Of a DNA stretch of 59,159 nucleotides, positions 1 to 12,841 are shown piece by piece. The notes under the pieces are model-generated. The model ran no database searches and was not told the origin of the DNA. It saw only the letters and a list, made by a program, of their open reading frames with translations. Within the stretch, counting starts at the first letter, position 1. Every line of letters starts with the position of its first letter. The DNA comes from Paraspadella gotoi (Eukaryota > Animalia > Chaetognatha): assembly GCA_051294375.1 (NCBI GenBank), contig CM119266.1, positions 15,726,468 through 15,785,626 on the forward strand. The letters run 5' to 3'. The position numbers and the translations under genes were made by a program.

Positions 1-1
1 T

Positions 2-239
2 TTAGAGACAAAATAAGATTTTTTATTGGCAACAACGATTATATATTTTTATTTGGGACATGTTTCGACTCTTGAATGCGACTCTTCTTCTTCAGCGCTT
101 TATACAATTTGTGAATTCACAATATTTTCATTCCAAAAATAATGTGTAACAAGAAGACTCGCATTCAAGAGTCGAAAAATGTCCCAAATAAAAATGAACA
201 ATCGTTGTTGCCAATAAAAAAATCTTATTTTGTCTCTAA
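2..239. mobile_element. MITE-like/foldback element with ~88-bp imperfect terminal inverted arms
   Basis: 2-~89 (ttagagacaaaataagatt...gactcttgaatgcgactcttctt) is nearly the reverse complement of ~151-239 (aagaagactcgcattcaagagtc...aatcttattttgtctctaa). Spacer is ~60 bp, with no ORF. It may extend past the window edge. Confidence 0.6.
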
Positions 240-1167
240 TCTCAAACACAACGAATCGAAAGTAAATTTTACACAATACTTAAATTAAATTTACTCAACT
301 TTTATATTTATTTAAAAAATCTTTATCTAATTTAGTCTAATATACTAAAGCAGGTAAAAGTAAAAATATTTAAATGGGCTTCTACGTATAAATAAAATAT
401 AATAATTATGTAATAATAACAACGAAATGTATCAAATAAAAAAAAGATACTGAAAAAAACCGGAATAAATGACGTAATAAGTCTTTCGGTTCCCCCACAA
501 TGACAAAGCAGAATGATGAATGACATACAAAGATTCGACTGTTGATCCGCCGGAGGTGACGCTACTGTTTAAATATCCATTAAGTTCGCGCCGACGGCGA
601 CGGAGAAAATAGAAAATGGTGGAAAATCGATAAGAAAAACAGAGACTTACCGTCGAGGCGATTTTCCTATTTTATTTTCTTTTTGTTTTTGTTGTGGTTT
701 TTTTTTTCTTTCTGTGTGTGTATTGAGTGTTTGTGTGTTTTCCGCTCGTGATTAGTTTTATCCTTCTCTTCGCTTTCGTCGGCGAAGCTTTTCGTCGATG
801 GGATCGTTAGTACAATTGTTCGTCGTTATCGTCGTCGTCGTCGCTGTAGTCGTTGTCGTCAAGATTTCGGCGCCAATCGCCGCCGCCGCCGACGGCGGCG
901 CGCCCGCATTCATTCTCGGACACACTTTTATGTACGAAAGTTTTTTTTAAATTTTTATTGTCGGATCTCTTTTCGAGAAAAAAAAGAGAGAAAATTCCAG
1001 ATTGTCGTCGTTTATATCGTCGTCGTCGTCGGGCGTCTTTTGTCTTTTTGTCTCTGCAGCGGAAACGAAAATCAAATTAGAGTCGATTCGAGTGTTTGTT
1101 CTAAAAACCTCTTTGTCAAAAAAGAACATTTGAGAAAAACGTCTTAGTGAAATGAAAGAGGAGAGGA

Positions 1168-1169
<2 letters not shown>

Positions 1170-1236
<67 letters not shown>

Positions 1237-1242
1237 AGAGAG
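1170..1242. repeat. (GA)n microsatellite (representative of dozens in the window)
   Basis: Direct dinucleotide run. Similar GA/CT tracts occur at ~3800-3906, 9443, 11200-11340, 18490-18615, 20410-20460, 43530-43790, 53280-53375, 53825-53893 and 58385-58500. Confidence 0.95.
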
Positions 1243-3816
1243 TTTAAAAAAAAAATGCAATAACGAATTTACAAAAGACCTCATGCCGGGTAACAACGTC
1301 GGTGAAAGCCAAAAACAAACAAAACCAAGCATGGCGGATTTTTTGACGCTTTTTCGATATCCAGAGTGAAAACGAAATTTGGCGAGGATGATGAGGACAA
1401 AGACGACAACAACGACGACGAAGACGACGACGACGAAGAAGAAGAAATCCTACAAGTAAAGGAGGAAGAAGAGCCGGTTTTCACCGTCGGCCACGTATCC
1501 TCAGATGAAGGAGAATTTTCTGCTGAAAATATTCCGACGTCAAAATGAGAAATGATGACAATTTCTCGAAAGGTTATCTTTCTTTATTTTATTTTCCTTC
1601 GTTATCTCGTATTATAGAGACGATTATCTTTGTATACGAGTTCTAGTTAGTATAATCTCAAGTATAAAGTATCTAGTACTATTTAATTTTTTATTAATAG
1701 TTTTACAATATATATTTTTTAAAAAATTCTTAAGACATAAACGGGACTTATATGAAGCTTGCGATCTATTCCGAAATTGCGGAGAATGACTATGATAACG
1801 ACGACTATAAGGACGACGACGGCGATAACGGCGACGCCGAGAGCGAGGATCATGAGGCGCCGCGCGCGTTAGAGGCGCCGCGCGACGCGAAACGACGCCA
1901 CACCACGTTACGTCGGGATTAGGACTCGTAGAATCACGTTCCACATTTAAACTTTGAATTTTATTTTAAATCATGTTTTGAATTGTTATTTTCAATAATG
2001 TGAAAATACTTCTTAAAGTTTCCTGCTTCGATATAAGTTGGTCTAAATCCAAAAGATTTATTTCAAATGATCCTAATTTGCATATTTTTTTACTACATTA
2101 AATTTCAAAGAAAGGGCGAAAAAAGTTTTTGAGGGGATATTTTAACACACAATTTTTTTTTCTGTAGAAAAATCTAGTTCGGCACTCTCTTAATTTAATT
2201 AATTTCTTAATAATAAAAATATTATATGAAAAATTGCAAGATTACATGTTTTACTATATTAGACTTTAAAATTTGATATTAAAATTTAAACATAAATGGA
2301 AAAATTTAATATATTTCACTACATATTAGATTTAATTATATTTTTTATATAAAGTATATTCTTTTATAATATGATGTAATGGGGATAGGAATGTTAATGT
2401 TATTTTCTGGAGAGCATCTATACAACACCAGGTTAAAAGTTACTTTGTACTTTAGAAATCTTAGTCACAAATTGAGACAAATGGTCGAATATTTTACTTG
2501 AAAATAATCACTTAAAATCATAGAGAGTGTAACAGAGAAACGCACGGCTTGGAAAATTAAAATTACTTTCTTAATGACTAATGTTTAGAATGTAGTCAAT
2601 TGTTTTTTTCAAAGAAAAGTAAAGGACAAGCCAAAGTTTACTGAATGATCCACTAAGCGTCAGATGGGACTTAGAATAAAAAAAAAAACAAAAGACAGAG
2701 TTATATTGTAATTTTTTTATAATTGAAAAGCCACCTTAACAGTTAAAATAAAACTGAGATTGCGCTAACAGAAACTACACTTTTTCGAATAATACTTTTT
2801 ATTGCAGAAACGTCTAAACTAAGGTAATATAAGTCGGCCATTGACAACGTTAAAGTCAATGGAAAGAAAAAAAAGGAGGAAAAAGGGAGGAAGAGAAAAA
2901 TGAGCACGCGCTGCATCAAGTGCCACTGCACACGCGCTATTAGGGAAGATATCAAAACGAATCTTTGTTTTGTAATAAGATTGAGCTAATAAAATTATGA
3001 GTTATAATTATAATTTTTAATTTATTTATTTATTATTTTTATTATATTCTTTTATAATATTCTTTTTATTTTTTTCGGTTGATCTCATTCCATACTTTTT
3101 TTAATATCTTCCTTCAAGAGAACAGTGTTAGGTTATAAAAGCTTTATTTCTATTTGGTAAGTAAGTCCCCGATTGTCCCTTTATATTTATCATGATTTCT
3201 GATAGCGAAAAATTTACTTATCAAATTTAGATTTTAATGTATAAGTAAAAATAAGATTAGATTAAGTAAAAATATTATTAAAAAAGATAAAAAAATGATT
3301 ATTTCAAATATGACTATAACTTTGTTTTTAAAAGCTTTACTAATTTTTATACGGATTAGTTTGTTTTTATGATAAGTAAACTAAAATATTATAATATTTG
3401 TTTATTTATCTAATTATTCAAAAAAATTATAAAGGGTATTTAAAAGGAAATAATCAGAATTGCTCTTTTCCCATTTGTTTGAAATTCAAAAAATTATATA
3501 TAGAATTATGAAAATTTAGAATAAATTCTATATAAATTTGTACAAATTTGTTTAAGCTTAAAAAATTGTAATAATCATATTTTTGGTTGTATAGGGTTTA
3601 CAAAAGCAGCATCCCTAAATCAGCGTGGCATCCTGTAGAAAAGCCTTTCTCACTCGCTAAGTTTGTTCAACTTCAAAGATGAAAAAGTAAATTCTGTTGG
3701 ACACAATACAAATAGGGCAAAATTATTAAACATGAATAAAACAGTATTTTCTTCAGTGAGATTAGATATTTCACGAGAAACCAGTCTTTCGACGCGTTTT
3801 CTCTCTCTCTATCTCT

Positions 3817-3894
<78 letters not shown>

Positions 3895-3920
3895 TCTTCT
3901 CTCTCTCCTACTTCGACACC

Positions 3921-5856
3921 ATGGCCTCCCTCATGAACGTAGAGGGCTTCGTCTCGGCCCTCACCGGCGGCGAGGAGTTCGAGATCGATTTTCCCTTCGA
4001 CCGACTCTTCCGGCAAATCGGCGCCTTCCTCCGCCTACTCCTCGCGGCCATCTTGATCGGCGCCGCGTTCGGCGGGACTCCCGACGCATGTTACCCGCCC
4101 GGCGTCAAAGGATTCGGCGCCGATAATGAGAAGACTGAAGAGTTGAAGGCGGACTTCGTCAACGCCTTCTGCTTCACCACGGCGCGGTTCTTCGAGGCGC
4201 GGACGGGGCGTTCCAACTCCTCTGCCGAGATCTCCGTCTCCGATCGGCAAAACTCGCGACTCTATCTCTTCGCCTTCGTCCCTTACGCCCTCATCGTCGA
4301 GGGTCTCCTCGCATACGTCCCTTATCTCGTCTACGTGGGCGTGGCCAAAGCCATGGTGCAGCCCATGATGGACGAGGCGACGGACATGGCCGCGCTGACG
4401 ACGGGCACGTTCGAGGAGCGGAAGGGGAGGTCGAGGGGAGAGGAGGAAGATGATACGGATCAGTCGGAGGACGAGAGGAATTACGCTAAGAGGTGAGAGT
4501 GGGAGAAGTGTTGGACATAAACTCTCGTTGTCATTCGTCGATCTTATTTTCTTTTTGTAAAATTGTTTAGAAATATAAACAATCAATATTTGTTTACATA
4601 AACATTATAAACATTATAATCAAGATTGCTCGTAAAATCAATTTGAGTTGAATTGAAAAAAATCGAACAGATTTTTAATCGTAATTTTTTTAGCGTTTCA
4701 CATACCAATTTTAATCTTACATTAGGCTACTTCATATATGATCTAGTAAACACTAATGATATTTTTTCAAAATCCTCTCAATTTCCCCAGCATGCAGACG
4801 AGCATGAAAAAGCGCTTCTACGCCAAGGTCTCCCTCTTCATCAGCCAAAGAGTTAAAGGCGTCCAAGGTAAGTTTAGAAAATCACAAGTACTCTGCTTCC
4901 CATATCGTTATTGATGAATCCTTTCTATCTTGACCTTCATCTTCAGGCTACTCCCTCGTCGATCACTACCACCTCTGCCACGTCGTCGTCAAGAGCGTCG
5001 TCGTCGTCCTCCAACTCGCCATCCTCGGCGTCGTCGTCGCCTTCTCCGTCCCCTTCCCTCTGCGCCTCTCGTGTCCGCTGCCGCCGGAACTGGCGGCCGA
5101 CGTGGGCGTTGACGCCGTCTCTTGCATTTTCCCGCGCAACCGTATGGCGTTGGCGTTCGTCGCTATAGACGTCGTCGTGACGGTGGCGTTGCCGATATGG
5201 ACGTTTCGTCTCTACGTCGACTATTGGCGCCGGGGTTTCTACATCGCCCTATACCGCGCCCAGCGCCTGGTGCATCGCAACGCCAGGACCAGGTTCCATA
5301 ATTTCGTCGTCCACATGTGCAGCGCCGCGCCGCCGAAGGAAGGAAAGGTGAGGTTTGGAAAAAAGGGGATCGGGTCGTCTGACGTGGGTGCTGAAACATA
5401 TTTCTTGAGAATTTTGTCAAACAAAACGGACCAAATATATTACACTAACTGACAACAATTCAAGGAATGATTTGACTGATATGTCTTTTTTCAACTTCTG
5501 TTAAAGCAAACAAACAATTACTTCACTAACTTATTATTTCTCTCTCTCTCTCCAACCAGGACGCTTATCTCCCAAATCAAGACGACGACGATGACGACGA
5601 CGACTCCCTCTCCCGACGTCTTCCACGCGACGTCGACGACATCCGGTTCTCACTGGCGCTGCTTCACGCCAACGTCGACCGCTTCGTCGCCAACAAGATC
5701 ATGACCGTATACGCGGCGCGATTCGATTTCGAGCGGAGCGACGCCGCCTCGACAGAAACGGCGCCGGGAGATTCCGGTTGCGGCGCCGCAATCTTGAGGC
5801 GTATGAGGCCGAGATTGACGCTGCCCAAGTGGGCGAGGGACGAAGACGACGACTGA
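3921..5856 (+). CDS. Pannexin/innexin-superfamily four-TM large-pore channel (pannexin-like), 448 aa, 4 exons: 3921-4492, 4791-4867, 4947-5347, 5560-5856
   Basis: All introns are GT-AG and phases are consistent (2,1,0), giving a 1347-nt open frame. It has four hydrophobic segments, two Cys in loop 1 (ACYPP...FVNAFCF) and two in loop 2 (LSCPLP...VSCIFP). TM2 reads FVPYALIVEGLLAYVPYLVY, a L..Y..C motif precedes TM3, and the C-terminus has DDIRFSLALLHANVD. These match the pannexin/innexin layout. Confidence 0.8.
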
Positions 5857-8055
5857 TTCTTTTTTTATGTAAAAAAAATTATTTAATACACAGCTATATT
5901 TTCTTATAACATTTCTGTTCCAAAATAACGATCTCCATCGTTTGTGAAACAAAAAGACATCTCTCGAGACTCAGCTGAGAGATCGAATCGATTCCGTTTT
6001 CACAGAGGGAGCGTAAAATCTTTTAAGGCTTTTAGAGTTACTCGAATGCTGCGATCTCTTTAATTTTCACTTTTTCGTTGTCACTCTGCGGATATTTGTT
6101 TAATTTATGTCTTCTATTTTAGATTAAAACTTTTTTTGACATTTTTCTTATGGTGTTTATTCTTTTACAACAACTGAGGCAGAATATTTTAATTATAGCC
6201 GTTTATATTGGCATTAATTTTGACACTAGCAATTTGCCAAAGCGAATATGAGTCGATTTATGCGTTTTGAAAAGAAATTTCCGCTCTTAATCCTACTTAA
6301 ATGTGTTTAAATGTGAGAACACACTTCATGCTCTCAAATTAGCGGCCAAGTTTTCAGAATCCCCCTTAGCATTGAACAGCTCGCTCTTTCCTGAATCCTC
6401 AACGCTCTGGATCCACATACGGGATTTAAACTCCTCGATATTTATTATTCTTTTTGATAGTGATGGAATGAAATCGTTTAATTTTGTAAATAAGTATTAA
6501 GTATTGGAAATCATGACTTCCAATCTGCAGTTGGAAGAAGACGACCACAAGAACTTTAGTAAGTAATGAAAAAATAAAATCAAATGAGTGAATAGCTCAT
6601 TAAATGAAATTGGTACAACAAATATAAAAAAATAATCCATTCATTTAATAAATAAGCTATCTCGTCCCTGACTTTGGACAGGCTTTGGTGGTTTAAGGCC
6701 TCCATCACTCTTACAAGATAATGACAGCAGGTTTTTGCAGGCTTTCAATGAAGACTCTCTCACAGTCTCGTTTATTCACTCCCAGAGTACCTGGCTTCCA
6801 TGTTTTCCATGTTTTACATAAGCTCGTCATTCAATTAAACTGAAATTTTAAACTTGATCGTTTACACGACGAACTGATTCTTCAGTTTTAGTTCGACTTC
6901 AAAATGTCGACAGTGGAGAAACGACAGAACCTCGCCGAGTGGAAATCGCTGAAAACGGGAAGATTCCATTCGCTTCTTTCCAAAGAACCTTTCCCGGTAG
7001 GTTAATATAAACCTCTAATAATTCCGCCAAAAGTCATTAACAATCATAAATTGAGATAAATTTATCGTAAACTCGTGAATAGAAACGAAATTAGCTAAAT
7101 AGGTACTTGAGTCATCTTTATCATAAAATTAAATAATTTTCCTTGAATCTTAACGACAAATTTTGTATTTTTCACTCTTATACAACGCAATCCAGGGATC
7201 GAAAAAAGTTGTAAACTTTTCTACGTGGACGAAGGAAAAAAGACGCTCCAGAAATTCGCCGCCAAAAGCGAAAGTTTTAAACCGACTGGAAATCCGTTTA
7301 AATGGGTGACTTACAAACCCGCTTACGTGTTGGAGACTTCGTAACATCGATGCCACTCAAAATCCCGTCGGTTATTTGCTTCATTCGCTTTTTTTTTTTA
7401 AATTTTGTCTTTACCTCATGTATTTGTACTGTTTTCTTTTATTTGAGAAGTGGTATGTACAATTGTATTACATAGCTAAGGGCGAGAACTCTTCTTGTAT
7501 CGTTTAATTTATATTAAAACGTGCCAATGTCATGACTTTTACAATTTATTTCAAGACAAAACACCAGTTGACTGTTACGATTCCATCTGATCCGGCCTTT
7601 ACAGACAACTTTAAACAGGGATTACTTATTTTCCCTAAAAGAAGTAGAAAAAATAGCCACTGTTTTCTTATCGGTATCCCTTATGAAAATTTCGAACAAG
7701 TTGAAAAACGATATTTTTACTATTATTGTTTTTTCGTTTGCGAAATTAAGCATTAATAATTAAAATAAACAATACCATTCATATCCCAGCCTCTTCAATG
7801 TTCGTGAAAGTGATCATTTGTTTCCGCTTCTGATAATGCTCCACAGACGACCGGCTTGCTGGCATGATGATTAAGAGCTTAAACAAAGTAACACTCACTC
7901 TAATTTATTAGGTCCTTAGTCAGGATGATCAACTTCGATACTGAAAACCTTCGCATTTCCATTAAGAAAATGAGGATTAGCAGAAACATTCTCGGGACTA
8001 CGAATCCTTATTGATATTGGCAACTTGCTGCCATGGTGATTTAACCTCGTCTCAC

Positions 8056-8348
8056 CGTTCGCTACTATTGCAAATGCGGGCATTGAACTCAAGATCCTCG
8101 AGGGAACCGAATAGATGATGGCGAAATGGAAATGAACAAATTTTGAACATATCTGCTGGTGACTACATTAGTCGTATAATTTATTCGAAAAATTATAACT
8201 ACAAAAATAACATCTAAAAAAAATAAAAAAACAAACAAAAAAACTCGATGACAAGATTCACGCCTCGAGAAGTAATTTTCAACCATTTAATTCAGATAAA
8301 AGAAAAAAAGAAATGTTAAGTACCAACGAAAATACCTGGTTCGGACAT
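8056..8348 (-). CDS. Possible 5' exons of an unidentified small gene (MSEP|DMFKICSFPFRHHLFGSLEDLEFNARICNSSER)
   Basis: A 13-nt ATG exon 8336-8348 with a GT donor is in phase with exon 8056-8152 (cag acceptor, gtgaga donor). No convincing downstream exon or recognisable domain. Confidence 0.2.
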
Positions 8349-9442
8349 TTAATGCCGTATAATTGTCTTGCGAGCGGGGTGTTATAACAAAAGCTCGCTG
8401 ATTTGCTTTTGAAAGCTCTTCCTTTCATTTCTCTCGTCCGACAGCCGCCGAGTTTTCTATTCGGCGATACCTGTCGCTCACTCCTCTCTCTCTCTCTCTC
8501 TGTCGCTCTCTATCCTCTCCTCTCCTTTGCATCGCTAAATAGGTCGCGTTCGGGCCCCTCGCTTACCCCCCCCCCTTAACCCCCCGACGCCCCCTCCACA
8601 CCAACAGATCTCCGAATGTCAAAAGGAGACAAAATGCTTGATGTATGCAAATTGAATTTTTTCGAAAGAAGAAAAAGAGAGAGAGAAAAAAAGTTGAACT
8701 ACGACGAATTTGAAGATCAAAGGAGAGAAAATTTGAATTTTTGTGCGCTGAACATTTCGGCGAAGAGAGAGGTTGAAAAGGGGGGGGGGTGAAAAGGGAG
8801 GAGAGAAGAAATCGGGTTGATGAGAAAGGTATTGCCGACTTATTACTTCTCTTTTCCACGACCTTACCTTTTCGAATCTCGTATAACTCCATATAATAGA
8901 AAACCTGCAACCTGGAATCGTCCGAAAATTCCGGGAAAAGAAAGAAAAGAACATCGCAGAATTTGTGTCTGTGTTTTTCAAGAAATTATCATAATAAGTA
9001 AAATTCATTTATAGGACCTACTTGTGTAACAAAGGAATCTTTGTTCTGGTTTTGAGCGACTGAAAAAATTTGGTTTCCAAATCGCAAAACTCCACTAATC
9101 AAGAAAATTGCATCCGCCCGAAAAAAGAATCTCTCTCTCTCTCTCTCTCGGCTACGGTTTCGGTCTCGTCCGGTCCTCCTCTATCTACTCTCTCATCTCT
9201 CTCTCATCGTCTCCTCTCATTCTCTCTTCTCTCTCTCTCTCACTCGTTCTCTTCTATCTTCCACGCTCTTTCTCTGCTCCTGTCTCTCTTCTCTCCCTGT
9301 GTTGTGTAGTCCTGTGTGTTTAAAGCGGAAAAAAAAAAGAAAAGAAATTGTTCTCGTCCCTTGCGGTTCCACGAGGAAAGCTGAGATAACAAAAAATTAA
9401 GAAATTAGAAATAGGAAAAGGAAAAAAAAAATATTGAAAGCA

Positions 9443-9485
<43 letters not shown>

Positions 9486-10188
9486 AGATGAACGAAAGAG
9501 AAAGAGAAAGAGATGGAATGGGTGACGCAAGATAAACTGTCAAGATAAAATTAACGAACGATCCAGAATGTTGGGCGCGGCAACAACTTTTTTTTTTCGA
9601 TATGCACGACAAGAGTTCGTATATAAAGTATATATCTCTACAGGCGGAAACGAGAATTGATTCCTGTGAGAAGAAAAAATTTCAGACACTCAGTTCATCC
9701 CCTGTGTGGCGGAGAGCGATGCGAAGAGTGAGGTTAACACATCGAAATGACATGCAGAGAACGGGGAAGAGAAGAAGAGAGGAGAGAGAGACGATGAAGG
9801 AGAGAGAGGATGCACGAGAGAGGAGAGGAGCGAGGGGAATAGAGGTACGGAGATGAGCAGAGACGAGGAGTGATAGGCCGGAGAGAGAGATGAGAGGCAG
9901 AGACGAGAGAGAGGAGAGGAGGAGAGAGAAGCGGGAGAGAGAAGAGAGAGGAGAGAGCGGATGAGAGAAGACGAGCCAGAGAGAGTAGAGGAGAGATTGA
10001 AGATTCGTTTACAAATTTGTCGGGAAAAGTTAGGTTTTGATAATTGCGGTTGGATCCCAAAGATTCTGTCACCAAATACTAATGAAGCTCCGGGGGATAG
10101 AAATTTCGCACAAATATTTTCCATCGGTGTTGCAAATGCGAAAAATTAGGAAAGAGAGATAAACATTTAAAAAGTATTAAAAAAGAAA

Positions 10189-10190
<2 letters not shown>

Positions 10191-10280
<90 letters not shown>
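10191..10280. repeat. (GAAA)n tetranucleotide microsatellite
   Basis: Direct run. Others occur at ~15057-15125, ~20716-20790 and ~42620-42695. Confidence 0.95.
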
Positions 10281-10461
10281 GAGAAAGAGTACAAAATTAA
10301 AATTAAAAAGAAAAAAATAAGGAGAAAAACTAACGTGTCTAATTTTAAACCTTAAAAGTATGTTGAGAAACAGAGGAGAAGAAACAGCAGGAAAGTATCA
10401 GAGGGGCGAAAAAAGGAACGCGCCAAAGAAAATTCATTTTTTCCAAAGAAGAAATGATTCT

Positions 10462-11201
10462 CAAGAGAGAGATGCTAAAAAAAAATACGTGCGTCATTAG
10501 CGGCGGCGAAGGCGGGGGCGGGGGGTTGGGCGGGTTGGCGAAAAGAGGGGCGAGCGACCTTTGCGCGGTGCCGAGGTGNNNNNNNNNNNNNNNNNNNNNN
10601 NNNNNNNNNNNNNNNNNNNNNNNNNNNNNNNNNAGGGAGGGATACCGAGCTGTTGCGGCGCCGACGGGAGGCGGGAAAGTAAAAAGGTAAGTGGGAGGCG
10701 CTCTTGGGGGAAAAAAGCCGAGAGGTGGAGATGTTCCTTTCGTTCCAGTGAAAGTGATTATTGGAAAGAGAGAAACTTCAGGTTGAACGTGAAGGTTGAG
10801 AAGACCAAACTATATTAGGTCGTTTGCATCGAATTTTCATTTTTGTTATTTTTTTTTCTTGTTAGGACGAAACGTCATTAAATTGGTTATCATGACGCGA
10901 CCATTGCAATAAATCGTGAAAGTTGGAAAAATATTTTCCTGTTAATACAATTCGGCTTTAAAATATTGATGATATTTCGTATTGGTATTTCATGTTATTC
11001 CACGTCACATTCCATGATCTATTTATGTCCGGACATTGTTTCACTGACTTTTACATCATGTTTTTCTTCCTGTCGATTCTATCTTCTCTTCTTTTCTTCC
11101 TCAACTTTTTCTCTTTTTTTCTTTCCTCCGTTTTTCTCCGATATAAAAGACGTCAACGTAGACGGAAGATCCGTCGAATCGATTTGCATTAAATGGTTTC
11201 C

Positions 11202-11234
<33 letters not shown>

Positions 11235-11647
11235 CTTCTCTCTCTCATCTTTCTTCTTCTCTTCTCTCTTTCTCTCTCTCTCTCTCTTCTTCTCTCCTCT
11301 CTCTCTCTCTTGTCTTCCTCTTTCTCTCTCTCTCTCTTTGTGTCTTTGACGTCTCTGCCTCCCGATTTCGAAGAAGGAACAAAAGGGATAATGACGTTAC
11401 GCGATGAGCCATCTTGGAAGATTCAGGACGATCAGAGAGAGCAAGAGAGAGAGAAGAGAGAGAGAGAGAGAGACAGAGAAGAGTTTCGTGAGAACAATTT
11501 AACGAGAATGTTTTTAAAGACGAGAAGGGTAGAAAGAGAGACGGGAGAAAATAAAGGGATGTAAAGGAATATAGTGGGGTAAAAAGAATTAAAAAAGTCA
11601 TTTGCATAGGTATGACGTGTTTAGCGATTTTTTCAAAGGGAATGGAA

Positions 11648-11714
<67 letters not shown>

Positions 11715-12809
11715 GAGGAGAGAGACGAGAAGCAGAGAAGGAGAGAGCTTCGAAGCCCCATAATTGAAGGGGAAAGACGCTAGGTGATTTAATATTGACT
11801 CACTTTTAAGTTGCTTTCTTAGATTAACCAAGCATACATACATACATTTCGCTCTCATGTCATTATATTTTCAGTTTTTTACTTTCGATAGAATTTCTTC
11901 TCCTTCGTTCAACTAAAGAAAAAGTCGGTGCACATAAAAAAGCGGGCGAATAAAAAAAGGCAATTAGTTAAAGTAGTCCATGACGAGTCTGCTCCATTGT
12001 CACTCATTAATCGGCGCAACCAATCGAAACGTCTACGCTTTGCCGTTTGGCCAATGAGGACACCGTCTCTCCCAATCGTTCCGCTCTCGCCGTGAACCAG
12101 AGAAGGATGGCATAGAGAGGAGACAAAGCGTTAAATGGTAACTGCGAATACCCATCAACACAGAAGTTTTGCCTCGCTACCTGCTCCGAAGCCGGGGAGC
12201 CGGAGTGGCCCGTCGCGGCAAGCGCGATGGCCTGTCACGTGACGTCGAGGCGATCGCGTGACGTCGGCGCCCCGGAGCGAAGATGAGGGATGACGGGACG
12301 GAGGGGACGGAGCGGGACTGAGAGACCGACGGACGCGACGGACGGACGACCGAACGAACGAAAGAGAACGAAGACAAATGAGAACCGATTTTTCTGATTT
12401 AATTAAAAATGGTGGCATTAAAATTTAAAATGATCGTTTTCATTAGTGGAAGGCTTTTTGTAAAAAAAAATTACCCGTATTTCTTAGACGTCCCTTTTAA
12501 AACGACGATTAAATTAATTAATTAATTACTTTCATTATACACCTGAGTAGCTAAAAACTTTCAACAATATGTATATTAATATGTTAACGCAAGTTTCTCC
12601 CCAAGCCCATTCTCAGCACCCACTTCTAGTTTTTTCTGCCTATCGGATATCCACCCATATCCAGCCACTCGTCAATCCTTCATTCCTGTCTATTTTTTTG
12701 CAAAAATGGCTTCGGTCACCGGAGCTTTCTTTGTTTTGCTTCTCATCGTTCCGTTGTTGCACTCTCTCTCTCTCTCTCTCTCTCATTCTTCTCTCTGTGC
12801 TCTCTCGTC

Positions 12810-12841
<32 letters not shown>

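Noticed and set aside
1366-1548. Short acidic ORF as a gene
   Set aside because: Driven by GAC/GAA repeats, no ATG start and no linked exons could be established.
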